IMG/VR virus record: IMGVR_UViG_3300031857_023573
Coordinates: 96,001 to 160,000 of that record
DNA from: a virus
Lineage: Duplodnaviria > Caudoviricetes
Direction: 5' to 3' (one strand)
Length of the DNA stretch: 64,000 bases
The notes beneath the pieces are model-generated. The model had not been told where the DNA came from and ran no database searches. It saw nothing but the letters and a program-made list of their open reading frames with translations. The position numbers and the translations under genes were made by a program. Shown here one piece after another: positions 1 through 8,161 of the stretch (the stretch's first letter is position 1; every line of letters starts with the position of its first letter).

Positions 1-553
1 CACTTTTTCTTTTGAGAACTAATCCTTCTACAACAGGAGCTTTTGTAAATTCACTAAAAATACTGGAAAAACCACTATTATAACTTTTCACTCTATAGAT
101 ATTTTCAGTGATTGAATACAAATATTCTTTGTCTGAATTATGGGTACCATACAAGTCATCTAAAATACTGACTCTTTCGCTAAAAGTAGATCCTACTAAA
201 TAATTAGAATCACAAACTAAAATATCAAAAATAATCAATTTATGATTGAAACTTTCACCAGTTTCATCTTGTTTATTTTTATTTAAATATTCTCCGTTGA
301 TCACAAGCCATTTTCCTGGCTCACATTTATAAATTGAATTAATTTCAGATTGAGATAAGTTGAAATTACTTAATCGAGAGTTATGTCGATTCATAACGAC
401 TGTTTGCACACCGTTAGTATAAATTGTAGTATTGCTGCCATTTAATTTTGGCTGAGCAATTAGTGAATTATTATCCCAGAAGCTCAAATCTTCTGGATTC
501 ACTGCATTTTTTGGACGTGGTGGAAAGATGTAAGAATATTTTTCGTACTTCAT
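1..553 (-). CDS. ATP-dependent ligase-family nucleotidyltransferase, adenylation domain (runs off left edge; not in ORF track)
   Basis: Manual translation from ATG 553: MKYEKYSYIFPPRP...AQPKLNGSN (motif I KxxG)...VINGEY (III)...IIFDIL (IIIa)...VEGLVLK (IV); open to base 1. Confidence 0.7.
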   Translation of the reverse strand, partial: MKYEKYSYIFPPRPKNAVNPEDLSFWDNNSLIAQPKLNGSNTTIYTNGVQTVVMNRHNSRLSNFNLSQSEINSIYKCEPGKWLVINGEYLNKNKQDETGESFNHKLIIFDILVCDSNYLVGSTFSERVSILDDLYGTHNSDKEYLYSITENIYRVKSYNSGFSSIFSEFTKAPVVEGLVLKRKS

Positions 554-558
554 AAGTA

Positions 559-566
559 CAAATATA
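559..566 (-). promoter_or_regulatory. Bacteroidota-type -7 element TATATTTG
   Basis: Exact TAnnTTTG ending 5 nt before ATG 553. Confidence 0.55.
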
Positions 567-574
567 AGGAAAAG

Positions 575-919
575 TTATTGTGAAGTAAAATATTTCAAAG
601 CATTTGATAAACTTATTACAGACTTTTTAAGTTCTTCACCTCTATCATAACCTTCAGAATCGGCATAGATTTTAGCATTTTCGGAAGAAATCTCAACTGC
701 ATCATCAGCACTTACATTATCATTATTTACACTTGCATACATTTCGGCAAGACTAGATTGAACCTTTAACTCGGCTTCTTTTTGTGTCAAAGTGTATTTT
801 TCAGAAATAAATTTATTAAACTTCATTATTTCATCTGCACTTGAAAGAATAGCAACTTTAACTTCCTCGTCAAAAGGTAGTAATTTTACTAATGTTTTGA
901 TATCTTCAATATTGTTCAT
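575..919 (-). CDS. Hypothetical protein (114 aa)
   Basis: ORF track; ATGA-coupled to upstream 40-aa ORF. Confidence 0.7.
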   Translation of the reverse strand: MNNIEDIKTLVKLLPFDEEVKVAILSSADEIMKFNKFISEKYTLTQKEAELKVQSSLAEMYASVNNDNVSADDAVEISSENAKIYADSEGYDRGEELKKSVISLSNALKYFTSQ

Positions 920-1038
920 ATCTCACTATTAAATTGTTCAAGAAGATTCTTTTCATTCCAATCTCGTTGAAGTTCCGTGTATAAGAGGTATTTTTCTGCA
1001 GAATCAAACCTTACATCGTCGAAAAGAAAATCATCCAT
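916..1038 (-). CDS. Small hypothetical protein, 40 aa (MDDFLFDDVRFDSAEKYLLYTELQRDWNEKNLLEQFNSEI); not in ORF track
   Basis: Fills the gap, preceded by TATATTTG at 1059-1066, and its TGA overlaps the next ATG (ATGA). Confidence 0.6.
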   Translation of the reverse strand: MDDFLFDDVRFDSAEKYLLYTELQRDWNEKNLLEQFNSEI

Positions 1039-1058
1039 AATATTTGTATTTATTTCTA

Positions 1059-1066
1059 CAAATATA
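1059..1066 (-). promoter_or_regulatory. Bacteroidota-type -7 element TATATTTG
   Basis: Exact TAnnTTTG 20 nt before ATG 1038; CTTG 20 nt upstream. Confidence 0.55.
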
Positions 1067-1074
1067 GTTTAAAA

Positions 1075-1866
1075 TTAAATAGAATACAAGTATTCAAATC
1101 TAAATTGAAACTTTTTTAAAGTATCTGGATTTAAATCAAAGTAGTTTGGAAGCCAACCTTCCAGTCTTGACCACTCTTCCCTTGTAACGTCACCAACAGG
1201 ATAAGAGTCACAAAGTACTTTACATACCAATCTTTCTTCAGACTTTGCCCACTTAAATATTACATTTTCACCCATTTTAAACTTCTCAGATCGTGTAGTT
1301 GCAGTTCTTAACCCTAGTTTTATTGCTTCAAATGTTGTATAGACACCTCTTTCTAGTAATTCATGTCTAAATTGACCAGGTACTAATTGACTATGACCTA
1401 ACTTATTATGCTCATAGCTCATCGATAGCTCTTTAGCATTTTTTAGCTCGGTTGGTTTAGGTACTATTTTACCTAGTTCATTATGATATCCGAACTTTTT
1501 AAGAAGAATATCACACAGAAAATCGTAAGTTTTTGGTGCTTTTTCTTTTAATTTAGCTCTATCAGTTCCATAACCGCCTTCTGAAAATATTATAGTCGCA
1601 CCAAATAGAAGTTCGTCTAAGATTTTGTTTATATCTTCTAATATTTTCTTTTTATTACTTTCAAACTCCTTATCTGTATAATAGGCACCTTTATCTGTAG
1701 ATGGTTTCTTTTTTGTTCTAATACCGATTGTATTAGGCTCGTTTCTTATAATGGCCTGACCACCCAAACCAGATCTTTGATCATTATCACCATAGACATA
1801 GATTTTCTGAGGATTTTTTGCAACATCTTCTATACCCCAGAATCCTTTAAAAACTTGTATCATCAT
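1075..1866 (-). CDS. Two-domain protein: N-terminal phage-type YVxGDN..GGQA..IR domain plus C-terminal ASCH-like domain
   Basis: IYVYGDNDQRSGLGGQAIIRNEPNTIGIRTKK; C-terminal FEAIKLGLRTATTR resembles the ASCH IxxGxKTATxR motif. Confidence 0.5.
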   Translation of the reverse strand: MMIQVFKGFWGIEDVAKNPQKIYVYGDNDQRSGLGGQAIIRNEPNTIGIRTKKKPSTDKGAYYTDKEFESNKKKILEDINKILDELLFGATIIFSEGGYGTDRAKLKEKAPKTYDFLCDILLKKFGYHNELGKIVPKPTELKNAKELSMSYEHNKLGHSQLVPGQFRHELLERGVYTTFEAIKLGLRTATTRSEKFKMGENVIFKWAKSEERLVCKVLCDSYPVGDVTREEWSRLEGWLPNYFDLNPDTLKKFQFRFEYLYSI

Positions 1867-2197
1867 TGAGAACCTTTTTTAGCTGAAGGTCTCTTAGTTT
1901 TTGTTTTATGGCTGTATCGCTTACCCCATCTGAAATAACTTCGAGAACCTCATTACATCTATTTATTAGATTTTCAAAATTATTAAAATTCACAACTCCA
2001 GGATTTGCCGAATATTTCGAGCCTTGCCAGATAACGTCTACCTTATTAATTTTATCAGCAAGGATCCAAGTGGTAACATTATCAAACGAGAACTGGTGTC
2101 TAATTGATTCGAGTGTTTCTCTAGCCTGGTTGCGAGTCAGATCAGTAATATCAACATAGATTACGAATATAGGATTTTCTAAATTTAAACTACTCAT
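1847..2197 (-). CDS. Hypothetical protein with C-terminal LRDLQLKKVL motif
   Basis: ORF track 1847..2227; ATG 2197 preferred because it gives ATGA coupling to the infC stop. Confidence 0.7.
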   Translation of the reverse strand: MSSLNLENPIFVIYVDITDLTRNQARETLESIRHQFSFDNVTTWILADKINKVDVIWQGSKYSANPGVVNFNNFENLINRCNEVLEVISDGVSDTAIKQKLRDLQLKKVLNDDTSF

Positions 2198-2739
2198 TTC
2201 TTCTTGGGTTTTAAGACCATGTGCCATCTAGAACCCTCAAGTTTTGGCATCGTTTCTGGAACTCCAAGTGACTCTACAAGTGTTGCAAACTTCAACATAA
2301 CCAACTGACCTTTGTCTGCCATATGATGTTGACGACCTTTGAGTAGAAGTGACAATTTTACTTTATTTCCTTCTTCTAGAAACTCAGAAGCCTTTTTAGA
2401 TTTGACTTCTAAATCATGGTCTGCTATATTGACAGAAAGTGAAATTTCTTTAACTTCAGATTTTTTTTGATTTTTCTTATTCTCTTTTTCGCGTTTTTCA
2501 ACTTCATATAAAAATTTACCGTAATCTTCAATTTTAACAACTGGTGGATTGGCATTTTCCGATATTAGAATAAGGTCTTTTTCATTTGCCTCGGCAAGTT
2601 TTGAAGCTTCATATGAAGACATTATAGCTCCTTGGCCTATTTCTCCAGTCACACGAACTTGTGGAAATCTTACTTCACCATTGATTTTGTGTTTTCTCTC
2701 TTTTAATGGAGGTCTTTTTCGATTATTGTTATTGTTCAT
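2194..2739 (-). CDS. infC: Translation initiation factor IF-3
   Basis: IF3-N (KINGEVRFPQVRV...PPVVKIEDYGKFLYE) and IF3-C (VKEISLSVNIADHDLEVK...KVKLSLLLKGR...PKLEGSRWHMVLKPK). Confidence 0.93.
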   Translation of the reverse strand: MNNNNNRKRPPLKERKHKINGEVRFPQVRVTGEIGQGAIMSSYEASKLAEANEKDLILISENANPPVVKIEDYGKFLYEVEKREKENKKNQKKSEVKEISLSVNIADHDLEVKSKKASEFLEEGNKVKLSLLLKGRQHHMADKGQLVMLKFATLVESLGVPETMPKLEGSRWHMVLKPKKK

Positions 2740-2984
2740 AAGTTATTACTTCAAATGCAGAAAGTCCCTGAGCTATCTCTGGACTTAAAAATTAAGATAT
2801 TTCTTTTTATATTGACTTCGGCCATTTAAAAATGAGAATTTGGTTGATAGATAGTATCAACTGTGACCAAACTATTTAGATTTCTATTCATCTTTAAGAT
2901 ATAACGCCAATTATATTATCTAAAATTTAAATTGTTTAAAAATTTAAAAAAATATTAATGTATATATTGGGAAAAATAAAGAAG

Positions 2985-3240
2985 AAAAGAGGAACTTCTG
3001 TCAAGTACGGTCGAAATCCGAGAACCTAATTCTTGACTTTTAGTGGTCTTACCACTTGGGATTGCCTTTTAATGGTTTCATCAACCTTGGTTTAGCAGTG
3101 TTACCATTCTGCTTATTTTTCTTCCTTAACAGTAGTTTTTAAATTGTTTCGTTTAGTCTCACACTGTTATAGAGTCTAAATTTATCGGCTTTTTTATAAT
3201 TACCTATAAACGTTACCGAACCGCTTGTAGTTCACCTTTT
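2985..3240 (-). ncRNA. Candidate structured ncRNA downstream of smpB (closing stem plus two putative pseudoknots); class unresolved
   Basis: No ORF of 60 aa or more. 5' AAAAGGUGAACUACAAGCGG pairs with 3' CCGUACUUG..AGUUCCUCUUUU. Hairpin 3152-3180 has a loop complementary to 3127-3133. Hairpin 3094-3113 has a loop complementary to 3071-3076. G-U wobbles favour the minus strand. Confidence 0.45.
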
Positions 3241-3376
3241 ATTTTGTTAAATATGTTTACTATTTACCACGATGGTTCATGATTTTTCATCAAAGGCGTA
3301 AACTTATTAACTCATTACTTACCATCATATAATACAAGACTACTTCAAATAGTAAAAATTCATCTTGTAATTTTTG

Positions 3377-3808
3377 TTACAAATCATTTCTTCTTAGATC
3401 TCTATCAGTATCTCTTTTCTTAATATCTTGTCTTTTATCCCAGTCTTTTTTTCCACGACAAACTCCCATTTTTACTTTGAATCTACCATTAACAGTAAAG
3501 ACTTCAAGTGGAATTAAGGTGATACCTTTAGTCTCGGTCAATTTTGAGATTTTAGAAATTTCTTTTTTATTTAAAAGTAATTTTTTATCTCTAAGTTCAT
3601 CGTGATTTTGAAGTGATGATTCTTTATACTTTGCGATACTAAGGTTTTTAACCCAGAGTTCACCATCTTTAAAATAAATGAATGAATCTCCGAAATTAAG
3701 ACTGTTTGATCTTAAAGACTTCACTTCTGAACCAACAAGTACTAGTCCAGCTGTGAAGTCTTCGATCACTTGAAAATTAAAATATGCTTTTTTGTTTACG
3801 ATCTTCAT
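3377..3808 (-). CDS. smpB: SsrA-binding protein SmpB
   Basis: NKKAYFNF..EDFTAGLVLVGSEVKSLR...RDKKLLLNKKEI...TLIPLEV..GKKDWDKRQDIKKRD. ATG 3808 preferred over the track start 3829 (TATATTAG at 3817-3824). Confidence 0.95.
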   Translation of the reverse strand: MKIVNKKAYFNFQVIEDFTAGLVLVGSEVKSLRSNSLNFGDSFIYFKDGELWVKNLSIAKYKESSLQNHDELRDKKLLLNKKEISKISKLTETKGITLIPLEVFTVNGRFKVKMGVCRGKKDWDKRQDIKKRDTDRDLRRNDL

Positions 3809-3852
3809 AATAATTGCTAATATAAACAAAAATATCTAAATTAAAAATTATT

Positions 3853-5163
3853 TTAATATCTATATTGTTCAGATTTGAAAGGTCCTTGAGAACTAACTCC
3901 AATATATTTTGATTGTTCCTCGGTGAGAATATCTAGTTCGCATCCGATTTTCTCAAGGTGTAAAAATGCTACTTTTTCATCTAAATGTTTTGGTAGAGTA
4001 TAAACCTTATTTTCATATTTATCCGAATTAGTCCACAATTCTATTTGTGCGAGAGTTTGATTAGTGAAAGAGTTACTCATTACAAAAGATGGGTGACCAG
4101 TTGCACATCCAAGATTAACTAATCTACCTTCAGCTAGAATAATTATATCTTTGTTATCTATTGTGTACTTATCAACTTGAGGTTTGATAGTGTCTTTTGT
4201 CGATCCGTAATTTTTATTAAGCCAGTTCATGTCTATTTCGTTGTCGAAGTGACCAATATTACAAACTATAGCATTGTGCTTCATCGACTTAAAATGTCTG
4301 TCGATTATGATATTTTTATTACCAGTAGCGGTGACAATAATGTCCGCCATTTTGACAGCAGTATCCATTTTTAATACCTGATATCCATCCATTGCTGCTT
4401 GAAGTGCACAAATAGGATCAATCTCAGTGATAATTACTCTAACACCTTGTGAAGAGAGTGACTGTGCTGAACCTTTACCGACATCTCCATAACCAGCAAC
4501 AACCGCAACTTTACCAGCCATCATAATATCAGTTGCTCTTCTTATTGAATCTACTAGTGATTCTCTACAACCATACTTGTTATCAAACTTTGATTTTGTT
4601 ACAGAGTCATTGATATTTATTGCTGGTGTATAAAGAGTGCCATTTTTTACTCTCTCATGTAGTCTCAAAACACCAGTCGTAGTTTCTTCGGATAATCCTT
4701 TGATTCCATTAACAAGTTCTGGATATCTATCAAATACCATATTAGTAAGATCTCCGCCATCATCTAAAATCATATTGAGTGGTTCTCCACCTTCAAAAGC
4801 GAATAGTGTTTGTTCAATACACCAATCAAACTCTTCTTCAGACATACCTTTCCAAGCATAGACGGGAATACCAGCCTTTGCGATGGCAGCGGCAGCATGA
4901 TCCTGAGTTGAGAATATATTGCAAGAAGACCAACTTACCTCAGCTCCCAAATGTTTTAGAGTTTCTATTAGAACTGCTGTTTGAATTGTCATATGTAAAC
5001 ATCCGGCAATTCTGCTTCCTTTTAATGGTTTAGTGTCACCATATTCTTTTCTAAGAGACATTAGTCCAGGCATTTCTAGCTCAGCCAGTGCAATTTCTTT
5101 TCTTCCCCATTCTGATAAGGAAATGTCTTTTACTTTAAATTTTTGTGATAAAGTTTGATTCAT
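3853..5163 (-). CDS. ahcY: Adenosylhomocysteinase (SAH hydrolase)
   Basis: [82 protein letters not shown]. Confidence 0.97.
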   Translation of the reverse strand: MNQTLSQKFKVKDISLSEWGRKEIALAELEMPGLMSLRKEYGDTKPLKGSRIAGCLHMTIQTAVLIETLKHLGAEVSWSSCNIFSTQDHAAAAIAKAGIPVYAWKGMSEEEFDWCIEQTLFAFEGGEPLNMILDDGGDLTNMVFDRYPELVNGIKGLSEETTTGVLRLHERVKNGTLYTPAININDSVTKSKFDNKYGCRESLVDSIRRATDIMMAGKVAVVAGYGDVGKGSAQSLSSQGVRVIITEIDPICALQAAMDGYQVLKMDTAVKMADIIVTATGNKNIIIDRHFKSMKHNAIVCNIGHFDNEIDMNWLNKNYGSTKDTIKPQVDKYTIDNKDIIILAEGRLVNLGCATGHPSFVMSNSFTNQTLAQIELWTNSDKYENKVYTLPKHLDEKVAFLHLEKIGCELDILTEEQSKYIGVSSQGPFKSEQYRY

Positions 5164-5174
5164 TTTTGTTTTTT

Positions 5175-5501
5175 TTAATTTTCAAGATTTTTGTCGATTA
5201 AATCTTTGATTTGTTGCTTACTCACCATCCCGACATGACGTTCAACGATTTTACCATCTTTGTAAAGAAGAAGTGTTGGAATATTTCTAACTCCAAGTTC
5301 TCTAACTTTATCAGTACTTTCATCTGAGTCGATTTTTCCAAATCGAACATTTGAATATTCACTTGATAACTCATCAATAATTGGTGAAATAACCTTACAG
5401 GGACCACACCACTCGGCCTTTACATCAACAAGTGCAAGACCGTCTGATGTAAATTCATCGAAGTTTTCAGTGTTTAACTTTGTTACATTAATTATAGTCA
5501 T
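5175..5501 (-). CDS. trxA: Thioredoxin
   Basis: WCGPC active site and cis-Pro motif NIPT; 108 aa. Confidence 0.92.
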   Translation of the reverse strand: MTIINVTKLNTENFDEFTSDGLALVDVKAEWCGPCKVISPIIDELSSEYSNVRFGKIDSDESTDKVRELGVRNIPTLLLYKDGKIVERHVGMVSKQQIKDLIDKNLEN

Positions 5502-5519
5502 AACTTATTTTGATTTAAT

Positions 5520-6113
5520 TTATTTATACATTTCATCAAGAATTTCAAATTCTCGACTGGTTTCACTAATTAGTATAGCTCTCCCATTTCTGATTTGACT
5601 CTTAATGGTACTAAGATTTTTTCCTAACTGGTCTGCAATATCTTTATATTGCATTTTTTGAATTTCTCTCATTTCAATTACTTGACGATAAGGTTCTTTC
5701 AAGTTTCTGATGTGACGCTTCATGATTTCAGCCTTTTTTGTGTTCAAATCATGTAGATACTCCTCTGATTCTTCTTCTTGAATGAAGTCTTTCATAGTGG
5801 TTCCTTCTTCATCAATTTCTATATCAAGAGACATAGTTTTTTTGGAATTTTTGATGTCTTGTAACATCAAGTTTCTTGCTATTGTAAATAGCCAAGTTGA
5901 AAATTGTGACTTTTCTTTTTCATACTTATCGATCTTCTCAAATGCGATAAGAAATGAATCTGTTGAAATGTCTTGAGCTTTTTGTTGATCATTACACATT
6001 CTAGATGTGTAGTAGATTAATTTTGGGTAATACTTCTCGTAGAAAAAAGAGAAGTCTTTACCTGTTCGTTCTCTAAAGAGTTGTTCTTGTTCTGGGAAAA
6101 ATGTTGAAATCAT
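5520..6113 (-). CDS. ECF-type sigma-70 family RNA polymerase sigma factor
   Basis: Region 2 (AQDISTDSF..AFEKIDKY...FSTWLFTIARN) and region 4 HTH (MQYKDIADQLGKNLSTIKSQIRNGR). Confidence 0.87.
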   Translation of the reverse strand: MISTFFPEQEQLFRERTGKDFSFFYEKYYPKLIYYTSRMCNDQQKAQDISTDSFLIAFEKIDKYEKEKSQFSTWLFTIARNLMLQDIKNSKKTMSLDIEIDEEGTTMKDFIQEEESEEYLHDLNTKKAEIMKRHIRNLKEPYRQVIEMREIQKMQYKDIADQLGKNLSTIKSQIRNGRAILISETSREFEILDEMYK

Positions 6114-6246
6114 AAATGCCGTTTAATTTATTTTTAATTCAGTAAATAACCGATAATTGCCGTCAAAATGTAGAATATTTAATTTGCGAATATAATACAT
6201 CCATGTTTATATTTTTTATATATCTAAAGTTTTTATTTCCTTTAAA

Positions 6247-8073
6247 TTATTTTAAAATTTCTTCTAAGTCTTGCACAGTAATGGTTTTAATACCAAGTTC
6301 TTGAGCCTTCTTTTCTTTAGAAGATCCAGATCCTGTAACTTTCATAACAAGATGTGTTGTGTTTTTACTAACGCTACTTCCAATTTTACCACCTCGAGAT
6401 TCAATAACTGATTCTAAATCAGGTCGTCTTACTCCAGTAAATACAAATGAAGTGCCAACTAAATCTACAGAAACTTGTTGAATAACCTTTTTTTGTTCAA
6501 TAGTAATAGGAAGATCTTTAACAAACTCAAAAAATCTGTCATATCCATCGATATAAGATTGAGCAGAAATATCAGCAAATCCTTCAATTTCTAGAACCTG
6601 ATCGATGCTAGGTTTAGTATTAAAGTGCTCAAGTAATGCTAGTTTTTTACTACCAAGTGCTCTAAAGATACCAGTAGCATGTTGGAGCTTAGAGAGACTA
6701 ACACTTGAAGTTGCCTTTTTGATAGAGTTAATTACAATTTGAGCCTTTCTTTTTCCAAAACGGTCAATTTTCTCTAAGTCTGACTCTGTAAGTTTTAGAA
6801 TATCCTCTATCGTTTTATGTCCAACATCCCAAAGTTGTTTAATAACACCTTCTCCAAAATTATCTGTCTCAAGTATTTCAAAAAATGAAACAAGTTGTTT
6901 AAATTTCTGATCGTCAGTTTCATTAAGTGTAACAAGTTCAACTCCATTCTCATTCCAATCAATATTTGGAATATCAGGCATTCTAAATTCAACTTTTTGA
7001 ATTACATCTGCAATAATCGGAATTACCATTCCAGATCGCTTTACTAAAACTTTAGCTCCGACACCGAGTCCCATATCTTTTACAAAACGAGCATTATTTC
7101 CAGTCACATTTGAAACGGTCACACCATCAAGTCGAACTGGTTTGATATGTAAAGTTGGTTTTAGATATCCTTGTTTTGAAATATTCCAAGAAATATCGAT
7201 TATCTCAGACTCAGCAGATTGTTCAAAACTTGGATGTTTGAATGCTCGAGCCCAAACAGGGTTATTAGATGATGTTTCACGGCCTAATTTATTCTGTAAA
7301 TTAAGATCATTAATTTCAATAATAAGACCATCAATTTCATATTCTAAACCAAACTTATGAAATAAACTTATGAGCAATTCTTCTGTAAGTTCGGATATCT
7401 TACAAATATGATACTGTACTTTAATTTCTTGACAGGTATTCAATGACTCGATCAAATCTTGTTTTGTCGAGAAGCAGTCTTTATTGAAAACTGCACCATA
7501 TTTAATAAAATTGCAATCTTTAAGAGACTGTTGTGTATCCTTTGAGTTCAAAAGACCAGCGACTAAGTTTCTAGGATTGGCAAATTCTTGAGAATACTTA
7601 TCAGTAAATGTCTTTTTAGACATCATGACCTCGCCATATGTGAAGTCAAATTCTTGACCATTTGAATTAAGATGGTTGCCAATCAGTTTGTAGTGTTCAT
7701 TTGATTTTTGACCAAATTGTCCATCACCACGAGTGAAAGCATCATTAGTCTTTTCATTTACACAAAGAGAAAGTCCATCAAATTTAGGAGTTATAACAAC
7801 AAATTCAGATTTTGAAATCCCTTTGAGTCGTGACCAATCTTCAATATCATCAATTGATTTTATTTTATTCATTGATGCCATTTCAATCGGTAGACGACTT
7901 TTGCGAGATTCGTCTTGAATTTCATGTCCTACTTTTGCTAGTATTTCATTTTCAGGATCAAGAGCTTTCAATTCATCTACTAAAATATCATATTGAGAAT
8001 CTGACATAATTGGTTCACCAAGACGATATTTTTGATTGGCTACTATAATTTTTTCTACTAGTTCGTTAATCAT
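6247..8073 (-). CDS. ligA: NAD-dependent DNA ligase
   Basis: Ia domain Y..GEPIMSDSQYD, KFDG motif, TRGDGQFG, ANPRNLVAG, DGLII, OB fold, HhH repeats and BRCT (FVFTG); no Cys4 zinc finger. Confidence 0.93.
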   Translation of the reverse strand: MINELVEKIIVANQKYRLGEPIMSDSQYDILVDELKALDPENEILAKVGHEIQDESRKSRLPIEMASMNKIKSIDDIEDWSRLKGISKSEFVVITPKFDGLSLCVNEKTNDAFTRGDGQFGQKSNEHYKLIGNHLNSNGQEFDFTYGEVMMSKKTFTDKYSQEFANPRNLVAGLLNSKDTQQSLKDCNFIKYGAVFNKDCFSTKQDLIESLNTCQEIKVQYHICKISELTEELLISLFHKFGLEYEIDGLIIEINDLNLQNKLGRETSSNNPVWARAFKHPSFEQSAESEIIDISWNISKQGYLKPTLHIKPVRLDGVTVSNVTGNNARFVKDMGLGVGAKVLVKRSGMVIPIIADVIQKVEFRMPDIPNIDWNENGVELVTLNETDDQKFKQLVSFFEILETDNFGEGVIKQLWDVGHKTIEDILKLTESDLEKIDRFGKRKAQIVINSIKKATSSVSLSKLQHATGIFRALGSKKLALLEHFNTKPSIDQVLEIEGFADISAQSYIDGYDRFFEFVKDLPITIEQKKVIQQVSVDLVGTSFVFTGVRRPDLESVIESRGGKIGSSVSKNTTHLVMKVTGSGSSKEKKAQELGIKTITVQDLEEILK

Positions 8074-8078
8074 ATATA

Positions 8079-8086
8079 CAAATATA
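8079..8086 (-). promoter_or_regulatory. Bacteroidota-type -7 element TATATTTG
   Basis: Exact TAnnTTTG ending 5 nt before ligA ATG 8073. Confidence 0.55.
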
Positions 8087-8120
8087 AGGAAATATTTATT
8101 TAAAAAAACATTCTGTGAGA

Positions 8121-8158
8121 AAAATCTATTAATTAATATATAAAAAAAATTAGATTTT
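8121..8158 (+). promoter_or_regulatory. Candidate late promoter AATATATA (8135-8142) inside an AAAATCTA/TAGATTTT hairpin
   Basis: 8-bp inverted repeat ending 3 nt before ATG 8162; the motif recurs before several other starts. Confidence 0.4.
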
Positions 8159-8161
8159 AAT

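Noticed and set aside
2985-3240. Calling this region a canonical tmRNA
   Set aside because: No alanine acceptor stem, canonical T arm, CCA end or xxAA-ending tag frame was found; kept only as an unclassified candidate RNA.
2755-3240. RNase P RNA or group I/II intron (CAGAAAGTCC at about 2758, GAGACTAAA, GTACGGTC look-alikes)
   Set aside because: Partner elements (CR-V/P4 strand, P7' UAGUC with J8/7, domain V AGC triad) are missing or out of order.
5163-5175. SAH or SAM riboswitch upstream of ahcY
   Set aside because: Only 11 nt separate ahcY from the thioredoxin stop.
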